Shown: one piece after another, positions 30,595 through 39,468 of the stretch | How positions within the stretch are numbered: position 1 is the first letter of the stretch | How the letters are laid out: every line of letters begins with the position of its first letter | Assembly (NCBI GenBank): GCA_963837955.1 | Contig: CAWIPH010000002.1 | Coordinates: 1,856,001 to 1,920,000, forward strand | Source of the DNA: an uncultured Verrucomicrobiae bacterium | GTDB taxonomy: Bacteria; Verrucomicrobiota; Verrucomicrobiia; Chthoniobacterales; JAFAMB01 | Length of the DNA stretch: 64,000 bases | Direction of reading: 5' to 3' | Program-made: the position numbers and the translations under genes | The notes under the pieces: generated by a model | Databases searched by the model: none | The model's input: the letters and a program-made list of their open reading frames with translations, nothing else | Told to the model about the DNA's origin: nothing

Positions 30595-32123
30595 ATCAGG
30601 CACGTATCGAAGCGCGGCAGGCCACGGTGCGGCGCGAAACCCAATTGTCGAAGCAACTCTCTACGATTCAACGCTATGGCCTTGCAGTGCTTTCCGTCTC
30701 CGTGGCGCTCGGCGGAGCGCTCCTCTTGGAGCGCTTCGGCTTCCGCAACGTGGAGGTCCCGCTGTTCCTGTTTGCCCTCGCCGTAGCCGCCTGGTATGGA
30801 GGGACTGGGGCTGCCATACTGGCGCTTCTACTCTCATGCATAAGCTTCGACTACTTCTTCGTAGAGCCTTTATACACGCTCGACGTCTCACGTTCTGATC
30901 TCCCTTACTTTATTGTCTTTGCCTCATTCGCATTGCTGGTTACCTGGTTCAGCGCCGTTCGACGCCGCGTCGAGGAAGAGCTTCGTCAAGCTCGCGACGA
31001 CCTCGAAATCCAAGTGGCGGAACGAACTCAGCAGGCCAGCCTGCTGAATCTCACCCACGACACCATTTTCGTCCGTGATATGAGCGACGTTATCACGTAC
31101 TGGAATCGGGGAGCTCAGGAGTTGTACGGCTGGACGGCGGAGGAAGCGATCGGCAAGTGTGCTCACGAGCTTTTGCAGTCGGTCTTTCCGGCGCCGATTG
31201 AGGAGATTCGCGCAGAGCTGCTGCGCTCCGGACGCTGGGACGGCGAACTTAACAAGACCAAGGCTGACGGAACCCAGGTCGTAGTAGCCAGCCGATGGTC
31301 GTTACGGCGAGACGAACTGGGGCGGCCCGCTGCGATCCTCGAAACGAACAATGACATCACCGAACGCGAACGGCGGGAGCAGGAAATTCGCGCTCTTAAC
31401 GAAGAACTTGGGAAACGAACCTCTGAGCTCGAGGTCATCAATAAGGAATTGGAGGCATTTGCTTACTCCATATCGCATGACCTCCGCGCGCCACTTCGCC
31501 ATATGGCCGGGTTCACGGAGCTCTTAAAAAAAAATGCGGCCTCAGTTCTAAATGAGAGAAGCCAACGATATGTGATGATGATCCTGGAATCGGCGCAACG
31601 AATGGGCAGCCTGATCGACGACCTTCTAGCCTTTTCCAGAATAGGCCGTGCCGAGACCCACAAGACGATGGTCAGCCTGGAACAGCTGGTGGAAGAAGCT
31701 TTGGCCGAAGTTCGGCAGGACGCCGAAGGGCGCAATATTGTTTGGAGGGTTGGTGGCTTGCCCGCCTGGTATGGAGACCGCTCGATGCTACGGCTCGTGC
31801 TTGTCAATCTGATTTCGAACGCCGTAAAATTCACCCGCACGCGCTCTCAGGCCGAGATCGAAATAGGATGCATGAACCAAGAACAAGATCAGGTAGTCGT
31901 GTTCGTTCGAGATAATGGAGTGGGATTTGATATGAAGTATTTAAGAAAGCTGTTCGGCGTATTCCAACGTCTTCACCCGCCCGAGGCGTTTGAAGGCACC
32001 GGCATTGGATTGGCTACCGTTCAGCGTATTGTCCACCGACACGGAGGCAAAGCCTGGGCTGAGGGTCTGGTGGATAAGGGCGCAACCTTTTACTTCTCAC
32101 TTTCCAAATCGGGGGGAATCTAA
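30591..32123 (+). CDS. Membrane sensor histidine kinase (DUF4118-PAS-HisKA-HATPase, phytochrome-type core)
   Basis: 4 TM, PAS (YWNRGAQELYGW), AYSISHDLRAPLRH, NLISNAVKF, FQRLH, GTGIGLA. Confidence 0.95.
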   Translation: MNQARIEARQATVRRETQLSKQLSTIQRYGLAVLSVSVALGGALLLERFGFRNVEVPLFLFALAVAAWYGGTGAAILALLLSCISFDYFFVEPLYTLDVSRSDLPYFIVFASFALLVTWFSAVRRRVEEELRQARDDLEIQVAERTQQASLLNLTHDTIFVRDMSDVITYWNRGAQELYGWTAEEAIGKCAHELLQSVFPAPIEEIRAELLRSGRWDGELNKTKADGTQVVVASRWSLRRDELGRPAAILETNNDITERERREQEIRALNEELGKRTSELEVINKELEAFAYSISHDLRAPLRHMAGFTELLKKNAASVLNERSQRYVMMILESAQRMGSLIDDLLAFSRIGRAETHKTMVSLEQLVEEALAEVRQDAEGRNIVWRVGGLPAWYGDRSMLRLVLVNLISNAVKFTRTRSQAEIEIGCMNQEQDQVVVFVRDNGVGFDMKYLRKLFGVFQRLHPPEAFEGTGIGLATVQRIVHRHGGKAWAEGLVDKGATFYFSLSKSGGI

Positions 32124-32126
32124 CTT

Positions 32127-32579
32127 ATGAGCGCCTTGGGACGTATCCTGTTGGTTGAAGATGACCCGAAAGACATCGAGCTTACGATAACGACCTTAGA
32201 GGAGTACAACCTCGCCAATGAGGTTGTGGTGACTCGCGATGGCGAGGAGGCCCTGGATTATCTTTATCGCCGGGGAACCTTTGCTACCCGCTCGAATGAT
32301 AATCCCGCTGTCCTGCTCCTCGATCTGAAATTACCAAGGGTCGATGGATTGGAGGTGCTGCAGCAGATCAAATCGGATGAGAAGCTCAGGATGATTCCCG
32401 TGGTCGTGCTCACCTCTTCCCATGAAGAAAAAGACATGGTGGCGAGCTATAGGCTGGGCGTGAACGCCTATGTCGTAAAACCCGTGGATTTTCACGAGTT
32501 TGTAAACGCCATTAGAGAACTCGGGGTTTTTTGGGCAATTATTAACGAGCCGCCACCAGGAAGCATAAAAACGAAGTAG
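32127..32579 (+). CDS. Single-domain response regulator (Rcp1-like)
   Basis: LLVEDD, LLDLKLP, VLTSS, YVVKPVDF, FWAIINEPP. Confidence 0.95.
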   Translation: MSALGRILLVEDDPKDIELTITTLEEYNLANEVVVTRDGEEALDYLYRRGTFATRSNDNPAVLLLDLKLPRVDGLEVLQQIKSDEKLRMIPVVVLTSSHEEKDMVASYRLGVNAYVVKPVDFHEFVNAIRELGVFWAIINEPPPGSIKTK

Positions 32580-32586
32580 CCTGGAA

Positions 32587-34155
32587 ATGAAATCCCAGTT
32601 GCGCATTCTGTATCTTGAAGATGACCCCAAGGATGCGGAGCTCGTTCAGGAAACGCTAACGATCGACGGTATCAGGTGCCTGATAACGCGGGTTGAAACT
32701 GAGGCTGATTTCGTCGCGTCACTCGAGCAGGGCGGGTTTGACTTGATTCTCGCAGACTATACCCTTCCCTCTTTCGATGGCCTGTCCGCATTGAGGATCG
32801 CCCAGCAAGACTGGCCGCATGTGCCATTTATCTTTGTTTCTGGAACCTTAGGCGAAGAAGTGGTGATTGAAGCACTCAAGATCGGCGCGACAGATTATGT
32901 TTTGAAGACGCGGCTGTCCAGGATCGTGCCCTCCGTGCGACGGGCGTTACGGGAAGCGGAGGAACGAATCGACCTCAGCCGAGCCGAAGAAGCCCTGCGA
33001 CGAAGTGAAGTTTATTTGGCCGAGGCGCAGAAGTTAAGCCACACAGGCAGCTTCGGCTGGGATGTTTCCAGCGGGAAAATTTTTTGGTCGCAGGAAACCT
33101 TTCGCATTTTTAAATACGACCCACCGACTGAACCTACGTTAGAACTGGTACTCCATCGAATTCACCCGGAAGACAGAGCGCAGGTCCGACAAGTAATTGA
33201 TCGCATTTCACTAGAGAGGAAGGATTTCGACTTTGAGCACCGGTTGTTGATGCCCAATGGATCGGTCAAATACCTCCGAGTTGTGGGTCATCCCTCAACC
33301 GAAGAAAAATCGGGCAACTTTGAATTCGTGGGCGCGGTGACGGACATCACCGAACGGAAACGGGCCGAAGAAGGGTTGGAGAAAGCGCAGGCGGAGTTGC
33401 TCCACGTGACGCGGGTGACAACCCTGGGGGAGCTGACCACCTCTATCGCTCATGAAATCAATCAACCGCTGGCCGCAGTGGTCAATAACGCCGGCGCCTG
33501 CCTGCGCTGGCTCGCGGCTCAGAACCTGGAGGAGGCCCGGCGGTCTGCCTCTCTTGTGATCGCAGACGGTCATCGAGCCGGCGAAATCATCGGCCGGATT
33601 CGCGCTCTGGCCAAGAAGGCGCCGCCGCAGAAGGACTGGCTCGATCTCAACGAAACTGTAGGTGAAGTCATCGCTATGGCGCGTAACGAAATGCAACGGA
33701 ATCGCGTGTCACTACAGACTAAACTCGCAAATGACCTACCCCTCCTGATGGGAGATAGAATCCAATTGCAACAAGTGATTCTCAATCTGCTAATCAACGC
33801 CATCGAAGCCATGAGTGGAGTGGGCGAGGATCCGCGCGAGCTGTGGGTCAGCTCGGAGAAAGTTGCTGAGATCAAATCGGAGGAAGGCACGTTCGCGGAT
33901 AGAGCCTTGGCCGAAGCTGATTGGACTTACGTATTGATTGCGGTGCGAGATTCGGGCCCCGGGCTGGATCCGAAGGGTCTCGATCGTCTTTTCGAGGCCT
34001 TCTATACGACTAAGCCTCAGGGCCTGGGCATGGGACTGGCGATCAGCCGTTCGATTATTGAAGCTCACGGAGGACGGCTTTGGGCGATGGCCAATGCGCC
34101 CAGAGGCGCCGTCTTTCAATTCGCGTTGCCGATTCGCGATGGGATGATGTTATGA
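32587..34155 (+). CDS. Hybrid histidine kinase REC-PAS-HisKA-HATPase (NodV/TodS-like)
   Basis: LEDD...ADYTLP REC; SIAHEINQPL; QQVILNLLINA; FYTTKPQGLGMGL. Confidence 0.95.
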   Translation: MKSQLRILYLEDDPKDAELVQETLTIDGIRCLITRVETEADFVASLEQGGFDLILADYTLPSFDGLSALRIAQQDWPHVPFIFVSGTLGEEVVIEALKIGATDYVLKTRLSRIVPSVRRALREAEERIDLSRAEEALRRSEVYLAEAQKLSHTGSFGWDVSSGKIFWSQETFRIFKYDPPTEPTLELVLHRIHPEDRAQVRQVIDRISLERKDFDFEHRLLMPNGSVKYLRVVGHPSTEEKSGNFEFVGAVTDITERKRAEEGLEKAQAELLHVTRVTTLGELTTSIAHEINQPLAAVVNNAGACLRWLAAQNLEEARRSASLVIADGHRAGEIIGRIRALAKKAPPQKDWLDLNETVGEVIAMARNEMQRNRVSLQTKLANDLPLLMGDRIQLQQVILNLLINAIEAMSGVGEDPRELWVSSEKVAEIKSEEGTFADRALAEADWTYVLIAVRDSGPGLDPKGLDRLFEAFYTTKPQGLGMGLAISRSIIEAHGGRLWAMANAPRGAVFQFALPIRDGMML

Positions 34156-34778
34156 CGGAAACGGACGCCACGGTGTTCGTTGTTGATGATGATGCGCCGA
34201 TGCGCGAGTCACTCAAGAACCTCCTTCGGTCGGTAGGACTGCGGGCCGAGCTCTTCGCCTCGGCTCAGGAGTTCTTGCGGAGCAAGCGCCCGGACATGCC
34301 CAGCTGCCTCGTGCTCGATGTGCGGCTGCCGGGACTGAGCGGGCTTGATCTGCAACGGCGAACGACTGAGGCCGGGGTGGAAATTCCCATTATCTTCATC
34401 ACTGGCCATGGCGATATCCCGATGAGCGTCCGCGCGATGAAAGCCGGGGCCGTGGAATTTTTGACCAAGCCTTTCCGTGACCAGGATTTACTCGATGCTA
34501 TTCAGCAAGCGCTGGAACGGGACCGCCAAGCTCGCGACCAGCGGGCCGCGATTGAAGAACTGCGTAGTCGGTATGCCTCGCTCACCCCGCGCGAGCGCGA
34601 AGTGATGGCGCGCGTAGTTGCCGGCCTCCTCAACAAGCAGATAGGCGGGGAACTGGGTACGAGCGAGACCACAGTCAAAATTCACCGCCATCAGGTGATG
34701 GAAAAGATGGGAGCCGGTTCCCTGCCCGAGTTGGTCAGGATGGCTGATAGGCTCGGAATCCTCGTCCCAAAGTCGTAG
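34152..34778 (+). CDS. FixJ/NodW/TodT family response regulator (REC-LuxR HTH)
   Basis: VVDDD, LDVRLP, ITGHGD, LTPRERE...NKQI...TVKIHR; ATGA overlap. Confidence 0.95.
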   Translation: MTETDATVFVVDDDAPMRESLKNLLRSVGLRAELFASAQEFLRSKRPDMPSCLVLDVRLPGLSGLDLQRRTTEAGVEIPIIFITGHGDIPMSVRAMKAGAVEFLTKPFRDQDLLDAIQQALERDRQARDQRAAIEELRSRYASLTPREREVMARVVAGLLNKQIGGELGTSETTVKIHRHQVMEKMGAGSLPELVRMADRLGILVPKS

Positions 34779-34939
34779 TCGCCTGTACCAAAGTGAAATA
34801 GAAGTTCTGGCCAGCGTAACTTACCCTGTTTCTGCGCCTGACCCTCAGCCCCCAAACTAGAACGGCCAGGGTGATTGATTTCTACGGTCGGCAACAGTCC
34901 GGCGAAATATGAATTCGGGAAAGGAGCGACAGACTTTGG

Positions 34940-35311
34940 ATGGCAAGTATTCCCCTCATTTCGATTGTTGACGACGACGACGCCCTCAGAAGTTCGCTCG
35001 AGAATCTAATCCGATCATTCGGATTGCGCGCGCAAGGTTTTTCGTCGGCGGAAGCTTTCTTGAGGTCGAATCAAGTGCATGAAACGGACTGCCTGATTCT
35101 CGATGTGCGCATGCCTGGCATGAGCGGACTCGAGCTCCAGCGTCAGATGGCTGTGGCCAACTCGCACTTGCCGATCATCTTTATCACCTCGCACCAAGAT
35201 GACGATCGGCGAACGCAAGCCCTTGAAGCGGGCGCGGTGGCGTTTTTGTACAAACCCTTCTACGAGGGAGAACTACTCAATGCGATCGATACGGCCCTTA
35301 AAGATTCGTGA
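34940..35311 (+). CDS. Single-domain response regulator
   Basis: IVDDD, LDVRMP, FLYKPF; AGGAG RBS. Confidence 0.93.
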   Translation: MASIPLISIVDDDDALRSSLENLIRSFGLRAQGFSSAEAFLRSNQVHETDCLILDVRMPGMSGLELQRQMAVANSHLPIIFITSHQDDDRRTQALEAGAVAFLYKPFYEGELLNAIDTALKDS

Positions 35312-35423
35312 GGTCCGGCGCGCCAAGCCGGTCATCTCTAAGCATCCTGCAGATCAAGGAGTTATTTGTCGACCTCCTAGTCCGTTGCGTGTGGCCCGTG
35401 GCCTGCCAACGGAGATCGGCATC

Positions 35424-37043
35424 ATGAACGGCATCGAAGCCGTGACAGAAGCAGACGCCATGGTTTTCGTCGTCGATGATGATGTGTCGATGCGCGCGTC
35501 ACTCGAGAACCTCGTTCGCTCGATTGGGCTGCGGGTCAAGGTCTTTGCCTCAGCTGAGGAGTTCTTGCGGAGCAAGCGCCCCGATGTGCCCGCCTGCCTG
35601 CTGCTCGATGTGCAGCTGCCCGGACTGAGCGGGCTTGATCTGCAGAGTCGAATGACTGAGATCGCCATGGAAATTCCCATTATCTTCATGACCGGACATG
35701 GCGATATCCCGACGAGCGTCCGGGCGATGAAAGCCGGGGCAGTGACGTTTTTGATCAAGCCTTTCGGCGACCAGGCCTTGATCGATGCAATTCAACAAGG
35801 GATCGAACGCGATCGCGTGACGCGGCGGCGTCTAGCCAAGTTAACGGAGGCAAACGCAGCACTTCGCGGATGTCTCGATGCGCTTGCCTCGGTACCCGAA
35901 CTGGATGACTTCCTTGGGCAAGTGCTGGCTGCGATCACCCGGCAGTTGGGTGCGGTTTCATCTACGTTAAGAGTGCGTAATTTCGAGCAAAACACCCTGT
36001 CGCTGGAGTTGGTCTTCCAGGAGGGCCGAGTGATGGCTCCGGATGAAGCGAAATATCCCGAACGCTGGCGGTCTGTGTCGCTGGAGCAATTCGATCCCGA
36101 TTTCCTATGCCACTCTGCTTGTAAGCGAACTAAAGACGAACAACGTGTCGCCACTTTTTTGGATCCGCCGGCCGCCATTATTCGTGTTCTTGATCCGCAT
36201 TCGCCAATGCCTGACGATCAACGCTCCTATTTGCGTGAGCTTGGTGTAAAGACGGTGTTGATCATTCCGTTGGCTTCACGTGGACAGGCTAACGGGCGGT
36301 TGACCTTTCGTTTTACCGAGGAGCGTGATTTTCACCCGGAGGAACTCGAAATCGCGAGAGCCTTAGCAATTCAAGCCAGCCTGGCAATTCAGCTTATACG
36401 ATTGGCGAAAGCCGCCAGACAATCCGCAGTTCTTGAGGAGCGAAATCGACTCGCCGGTGAAATTCACGATTCGCTGGCTCAGAATTTCGCCGGAATCTCT
36501 TTGCAGCTATTTGCAGCTGAGGAGGACATTAAGACGAAGCGCAGCGATGGCCTAAATTACCTAGAAAGGGCAAATAACATCGCACGATTTGGGCTGGCGG
36601 AGGCGCGCCGCACGGCGCTAAGCCTTCATCCGTTTATTTTGGATAAGATCGGATTGAGCAAGAGCATCCAGATGCTGGTTGAACGTTCGAACGTTCCGGG
36701 CCGGTTGCGATGTAGCTTGTTGGCAAATGATTCACTGACCGACGCTCTGCCGCCGGAAACGCAGCAGCATCTTTTGCGGCTCGCTCAGGAAGCAATCAGC
36801 AACGCAGTTCGCCACGCCAATCCAACGACCATCTCAGTGAGTCTTCGGTGCGATCGCGACCATTTAGAGCTCCAGATCCGAGATAACGGTTGCGGTATTT
36901 CTGCCGCTAAGCTGCTGCGTCAGAACGGCTTCGGGCTGACCAATATGCAGAACCGTGCGAAGAAAATCGGAGCTAGCTTAGACATTCGCACCGGCGTCGG
37001 CGGCGGCACAGCCATCGCCGTGAGGCTGCCTCTCAATGCATAA
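35424..37043 (+). CDS. Hybrid histidine kinase REC-GAF-HisKA_3-HATPase (NarX/UhpB-type core)
   Basis: FixJ-type REC, GAF, EERNRLAGEIHDSLAQ, QEAISNAVRHA, DNGCG, GFGLTNM. Confidence 0.92.
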   Translation: MNGIEAVTEADAMVFVVDDDVSMRASLENLVRSIGLRVKVFASAEEFLRSKRPDVPACLLLDVQLPGLSGLDLQSRMTEIAMEIPIIFMTGHGDIPTSVRAMKAGAVTFLIKPFGDQALIDAIQQGIERDRVTRRRLAKLTEANAALRGCLDALASVPELDDFLGQVLAAITRQLGAVSSTLRVRNFEQNTLSLELVFQEGRVMAPDEAKYPERWRSVSLEQFDPDFLCHSACKRTKDEQRVATFLDPPAAIIRVLDPHSPMPDDQRSYLRELGVKTVLIIPLASRGQANGRLTFRFTEERDFHPEELEIARALAIQASLAIQLIRLAKAARQSAVLEERNRLAGEIHDSLAQNFAGISLQLFAAEEDIKTKRSDGLNYLERANNIARFGLAEARRTALSLHPFILDKIGLSKSIQMLVERSNVPGRLRCSLLANDSLTDALPPETQQHLLRLAQEAISNAVRHANPTTISVSLRCDRDHLELQIRDNGCGISAAKLLRQNGFGLTNMQNRAKKIGASLDIRTGVGGGTAIAVRLPLNA

Positions 37044-37090
37044 CCCTTCAGAAAAAGCATGAACCTTGGCAGTCCGGCAAACGGCACACG

Positions 37091-37528
37091 TTATGAGGTT
37101 GAGACTCGGAGAACTGCTTTACCTCGGCTAGTCTTCTTGATTGGAAAATACGCCCGAGCTGCCTCCTCAAGCGGGATCACTTCGCTGAAAAAAGGCCGGA
37201 TAATTCCTGCATCAATAAGCTTTGCCAGTTCGATAAGTTGCTGTCGTTTGGTCTCGACGATAAAAAAAGCCTCTTTGACTTTGGGGTCTTCACTGGATTC
37301 AGAGTTGGCGGCGATAGGCACGACACGGCCGCCCCTTTTGATAGCATTGAACGAACGGGCCAATGTATCGCTGCCGACCAGGTCCAGAATGAGGTCGGCA
37401 TCATTCACGACCTCTTCAAACCTTGATTTTCGGTAGTCGATGACTTCCTTGGCGCCCAAGTTTTTGACAAACTCAGCGTTCCCTTCAGAAACAGTCGTCG
37501 CAACAAACGCGCCCTTCCAAGTCGCCAT
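37091..37528 (-). pseudogene. Truncated NADPH:quinone reductase-like MDR (C-terminal part only)
   Basis: LGAKEVIDY, DLILDLVG, RGKAVL present; N-terminal domain and Gly-rich loop absent. Confidence 0.75.
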
Positions 37529-37754
37529 GCTCTTGTGTTTACGTTGCTGAATCCAAGGATACTACTCCTACACGAGGACTTTGAAATCCGAGTGAATTTA
37601 CTCGGTTTAGCGCGCCCCGGCGATCTTCAAAGACGTCGCATTTCACTCGCTCGGGCAGGCTCTGCGACACTTAGAGCAGCTTCGTTGCATTTTCTGCAAT
37701 GGAGAGACTTTCAGACACTTGGAGTACGGCTCTAACCCACGTCGGCCAAGATAT

Positions 37755-37770
37755 AATGGACCAGTCTATT
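37755..37770. promoter_or_regulatory. TetR (NemR/ComR-like) operator, copy 1
   Basis: AATGGACCAGTCTATT upstream of tetR; second copy at 38438. Confidence 0.65.
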
Positions 37771-37803
37771 AAAGATATGGCATATTGGACGAGGCTATTG
37801 AAA

Positions 37804-38388
37804 ATGGCGGTGCAGACTACCCGCGAACACCTGATCGAGATCGGCCTTGAGCGCATCCACAAAATTGGATACGCGGCCACCGGCGTAAAGGAAATCCTTG
37901 ATCTGGCCGGAGTTCCCAAGGGTTCCTTCTATCACTACTTTCCTAGCAAAGAGGCCTTTGCCCAGGAAGTTCTCGAGCGCTACGGGTCCAGAGAAGCTCA
38001 GAGGTTGGAAACTATTCTCGGTGACGATAAACTGCCGCCCTTAAAACGCCTGCGTAAGTACTTCAACGAGCTGATCTCGGTGTATGGCCAGAACGGTCCT
38101 GTCCGCGGTTGTCTGTTCGGCAATATGAGCGTCGAAGTAGCCGAGCACAGCTCCGCCATTCAATCTCTGCTCAGCAGCGCCTTCGGTTCCTGGCAACAAG
38201 CGATCGCTGTTTTGCTGCGTTCAGCTGTGGATCAGGGTGACCTGCCTCGATCCACGAAAGTAGACGAACTCGCCTCGTTCCTGCTCAATAGCTATGAGGG
38301 GGCTCTGGTCCGGTCTAAGGCGGAAAAGAGTGATCAACCACTCGAGACTTTCATCTACTTCGCCTTCAAAGTTCTGCTTAAGAAGTAG
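37804..38388 (+). CDS. TetR family regulator (NemR/ComR-like)
   Basis: GYAATGVKEILDLAGVPKGSFYHYFPSKE, GCLFGN. Confidence 0.95.
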   Translation: MAVQTTREHLIEIGLERIHKIGYAATGVKEILDLAGVPKGSFYHYFPSKEAFAQEVLERYGSREAQRLETILGDDKLPPLKRLRKYFNELISVYGQNGPVRGCLFGNMSVEVAEHSSAIQSLLSSAFGSWQQAIAVLLRSAVDQGDLPRSTKVDELASFLLNSYEGALVRSKAEKSDQPLETFIYFAFKVLLKK

Positions 38389-38437
38389 GCTCGGCGCTGC
38401 CGTCAGCAATTAACAAAAAAGATTTCTTGCATCTACT

Positions 38438-38453
38438 AATCGACCGGTCTATT
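38438..38453. promoter_or_regulatory. TetR operator, copy 2
   Basis: AATCGACCGGTCTATT just after a TTGCAT -35-like hexamer, upstream of the SDR. Confidence 0.65.
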
Positions 38454-38506
38454 TGAGGTCACGAACCGATTACTCCGGTTCAAATTTCAATCCAACCGAG
38501 ACTATT

Positions 38507-39316
38507 ATGAATGCTCAGCTTTCTAAAGGCACCGCCGTTATCACCGGTGCTTCCTCCGGCATCGGCGCAGTTTATGCCGACCGCCTGGCTCATCGCGGCT
38601 ATGACCTGCTCCTGGTCGCTCGTGACCAGAAACGCCTCTCTAACCGCGCAGCTAACCTTACCTCGAAAACCGGTCGCACGGTGCAGATCCTTCCGGCAGA
38701 TCTCACTCTCAGGTCAGACCTGCTCCGCGTGGAGGAACGTCTCCGCTCTGATCATACTGTCACCGCTCTAGTCAACAACGCGGGCTTCGGTGCGACCTCC
38801 AAGCTTATCGATTCCAAAATTGAAGAGCTCGAGAATATGATTCAGCTCAACGTGACGGCTCTTACCCGCCTTACTGCTGCCGTCCTTCCTGGTTTACTTG
38901 AGCGCGGCCAGGGCCTCATCATCAACATCGCTTCCATCGTTGCTCTCGCGCCGGAGCTGCTCAACGGGACTTACAGCGGCACCAAGGCATATGTGGTCAA
39001 CCTCACTCAATCCCTCCATCACGAGGTAGGAGACAAAGGAATACAGGTCCAGGCAGTCCTACCTGGTGCCACCGGCACCGAGTTCTGGGATCGCGCGGGG
39101 CTTCCCGTACATAATCTTCCTGAGCAGGCCGTCATGACCGCCGAGGAAATGGTTGATGCATCGCTCGCCGGCCTTGATCAGCAGGAGCTAGTTACCATCC
39201 CCTCCTTACCGAACATCGCGGACTGGCAGAAGTTCGACGCTGCCCGCCTCGCTCTCGGTCCCAACCTCTCCCACAAGCAGGCGGCAGATCGCTATCGCCT
39301 CCATAGCGTAAGGTAG
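38507..39316 (+). CDS. SDR family oxidoreductase (DltE-like)
   Basis: TGASSGIG, NNAGFG, YSGTK. Confidence 0.95.
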   Translation: MNAQLSKGTAVITGASSGIGAVYADRLAHRGYDLLLVARDQKRLSNRAANLTSKTGRTVQILPADLTLRSDLLRVEERLRSDHTVTALVNNAGFGATSKLIDSKIEELENMIQLNVTALTRLTAAVLPGLLERGQGLIINIASIVALAPELLNGTYSGTKAYVVNLTQSLHHEVGDKGIQVQAVLPGATGTEFWDRAGLPVHNLPEQAVMTAEEMVDASLAGLDQQELVTIPSLPNIADWQKFDAARLALGPNLSHKQAADRYRLHSVR

Positions 39317-39468
39317 GCCGATCAACCCGCGGCGGGAGTTAAGGGCGGTCGTAGCGCCGCCCGGCCACATTTTGCGTGCCGATACATTGTTTGGTGGCAA
39401 GGAAGCGCCGAACTCTGGTTGTGGCCCGGCGTTATCGGCGCTTCCGGCGTTCCCGGCGTTGCGACGAT

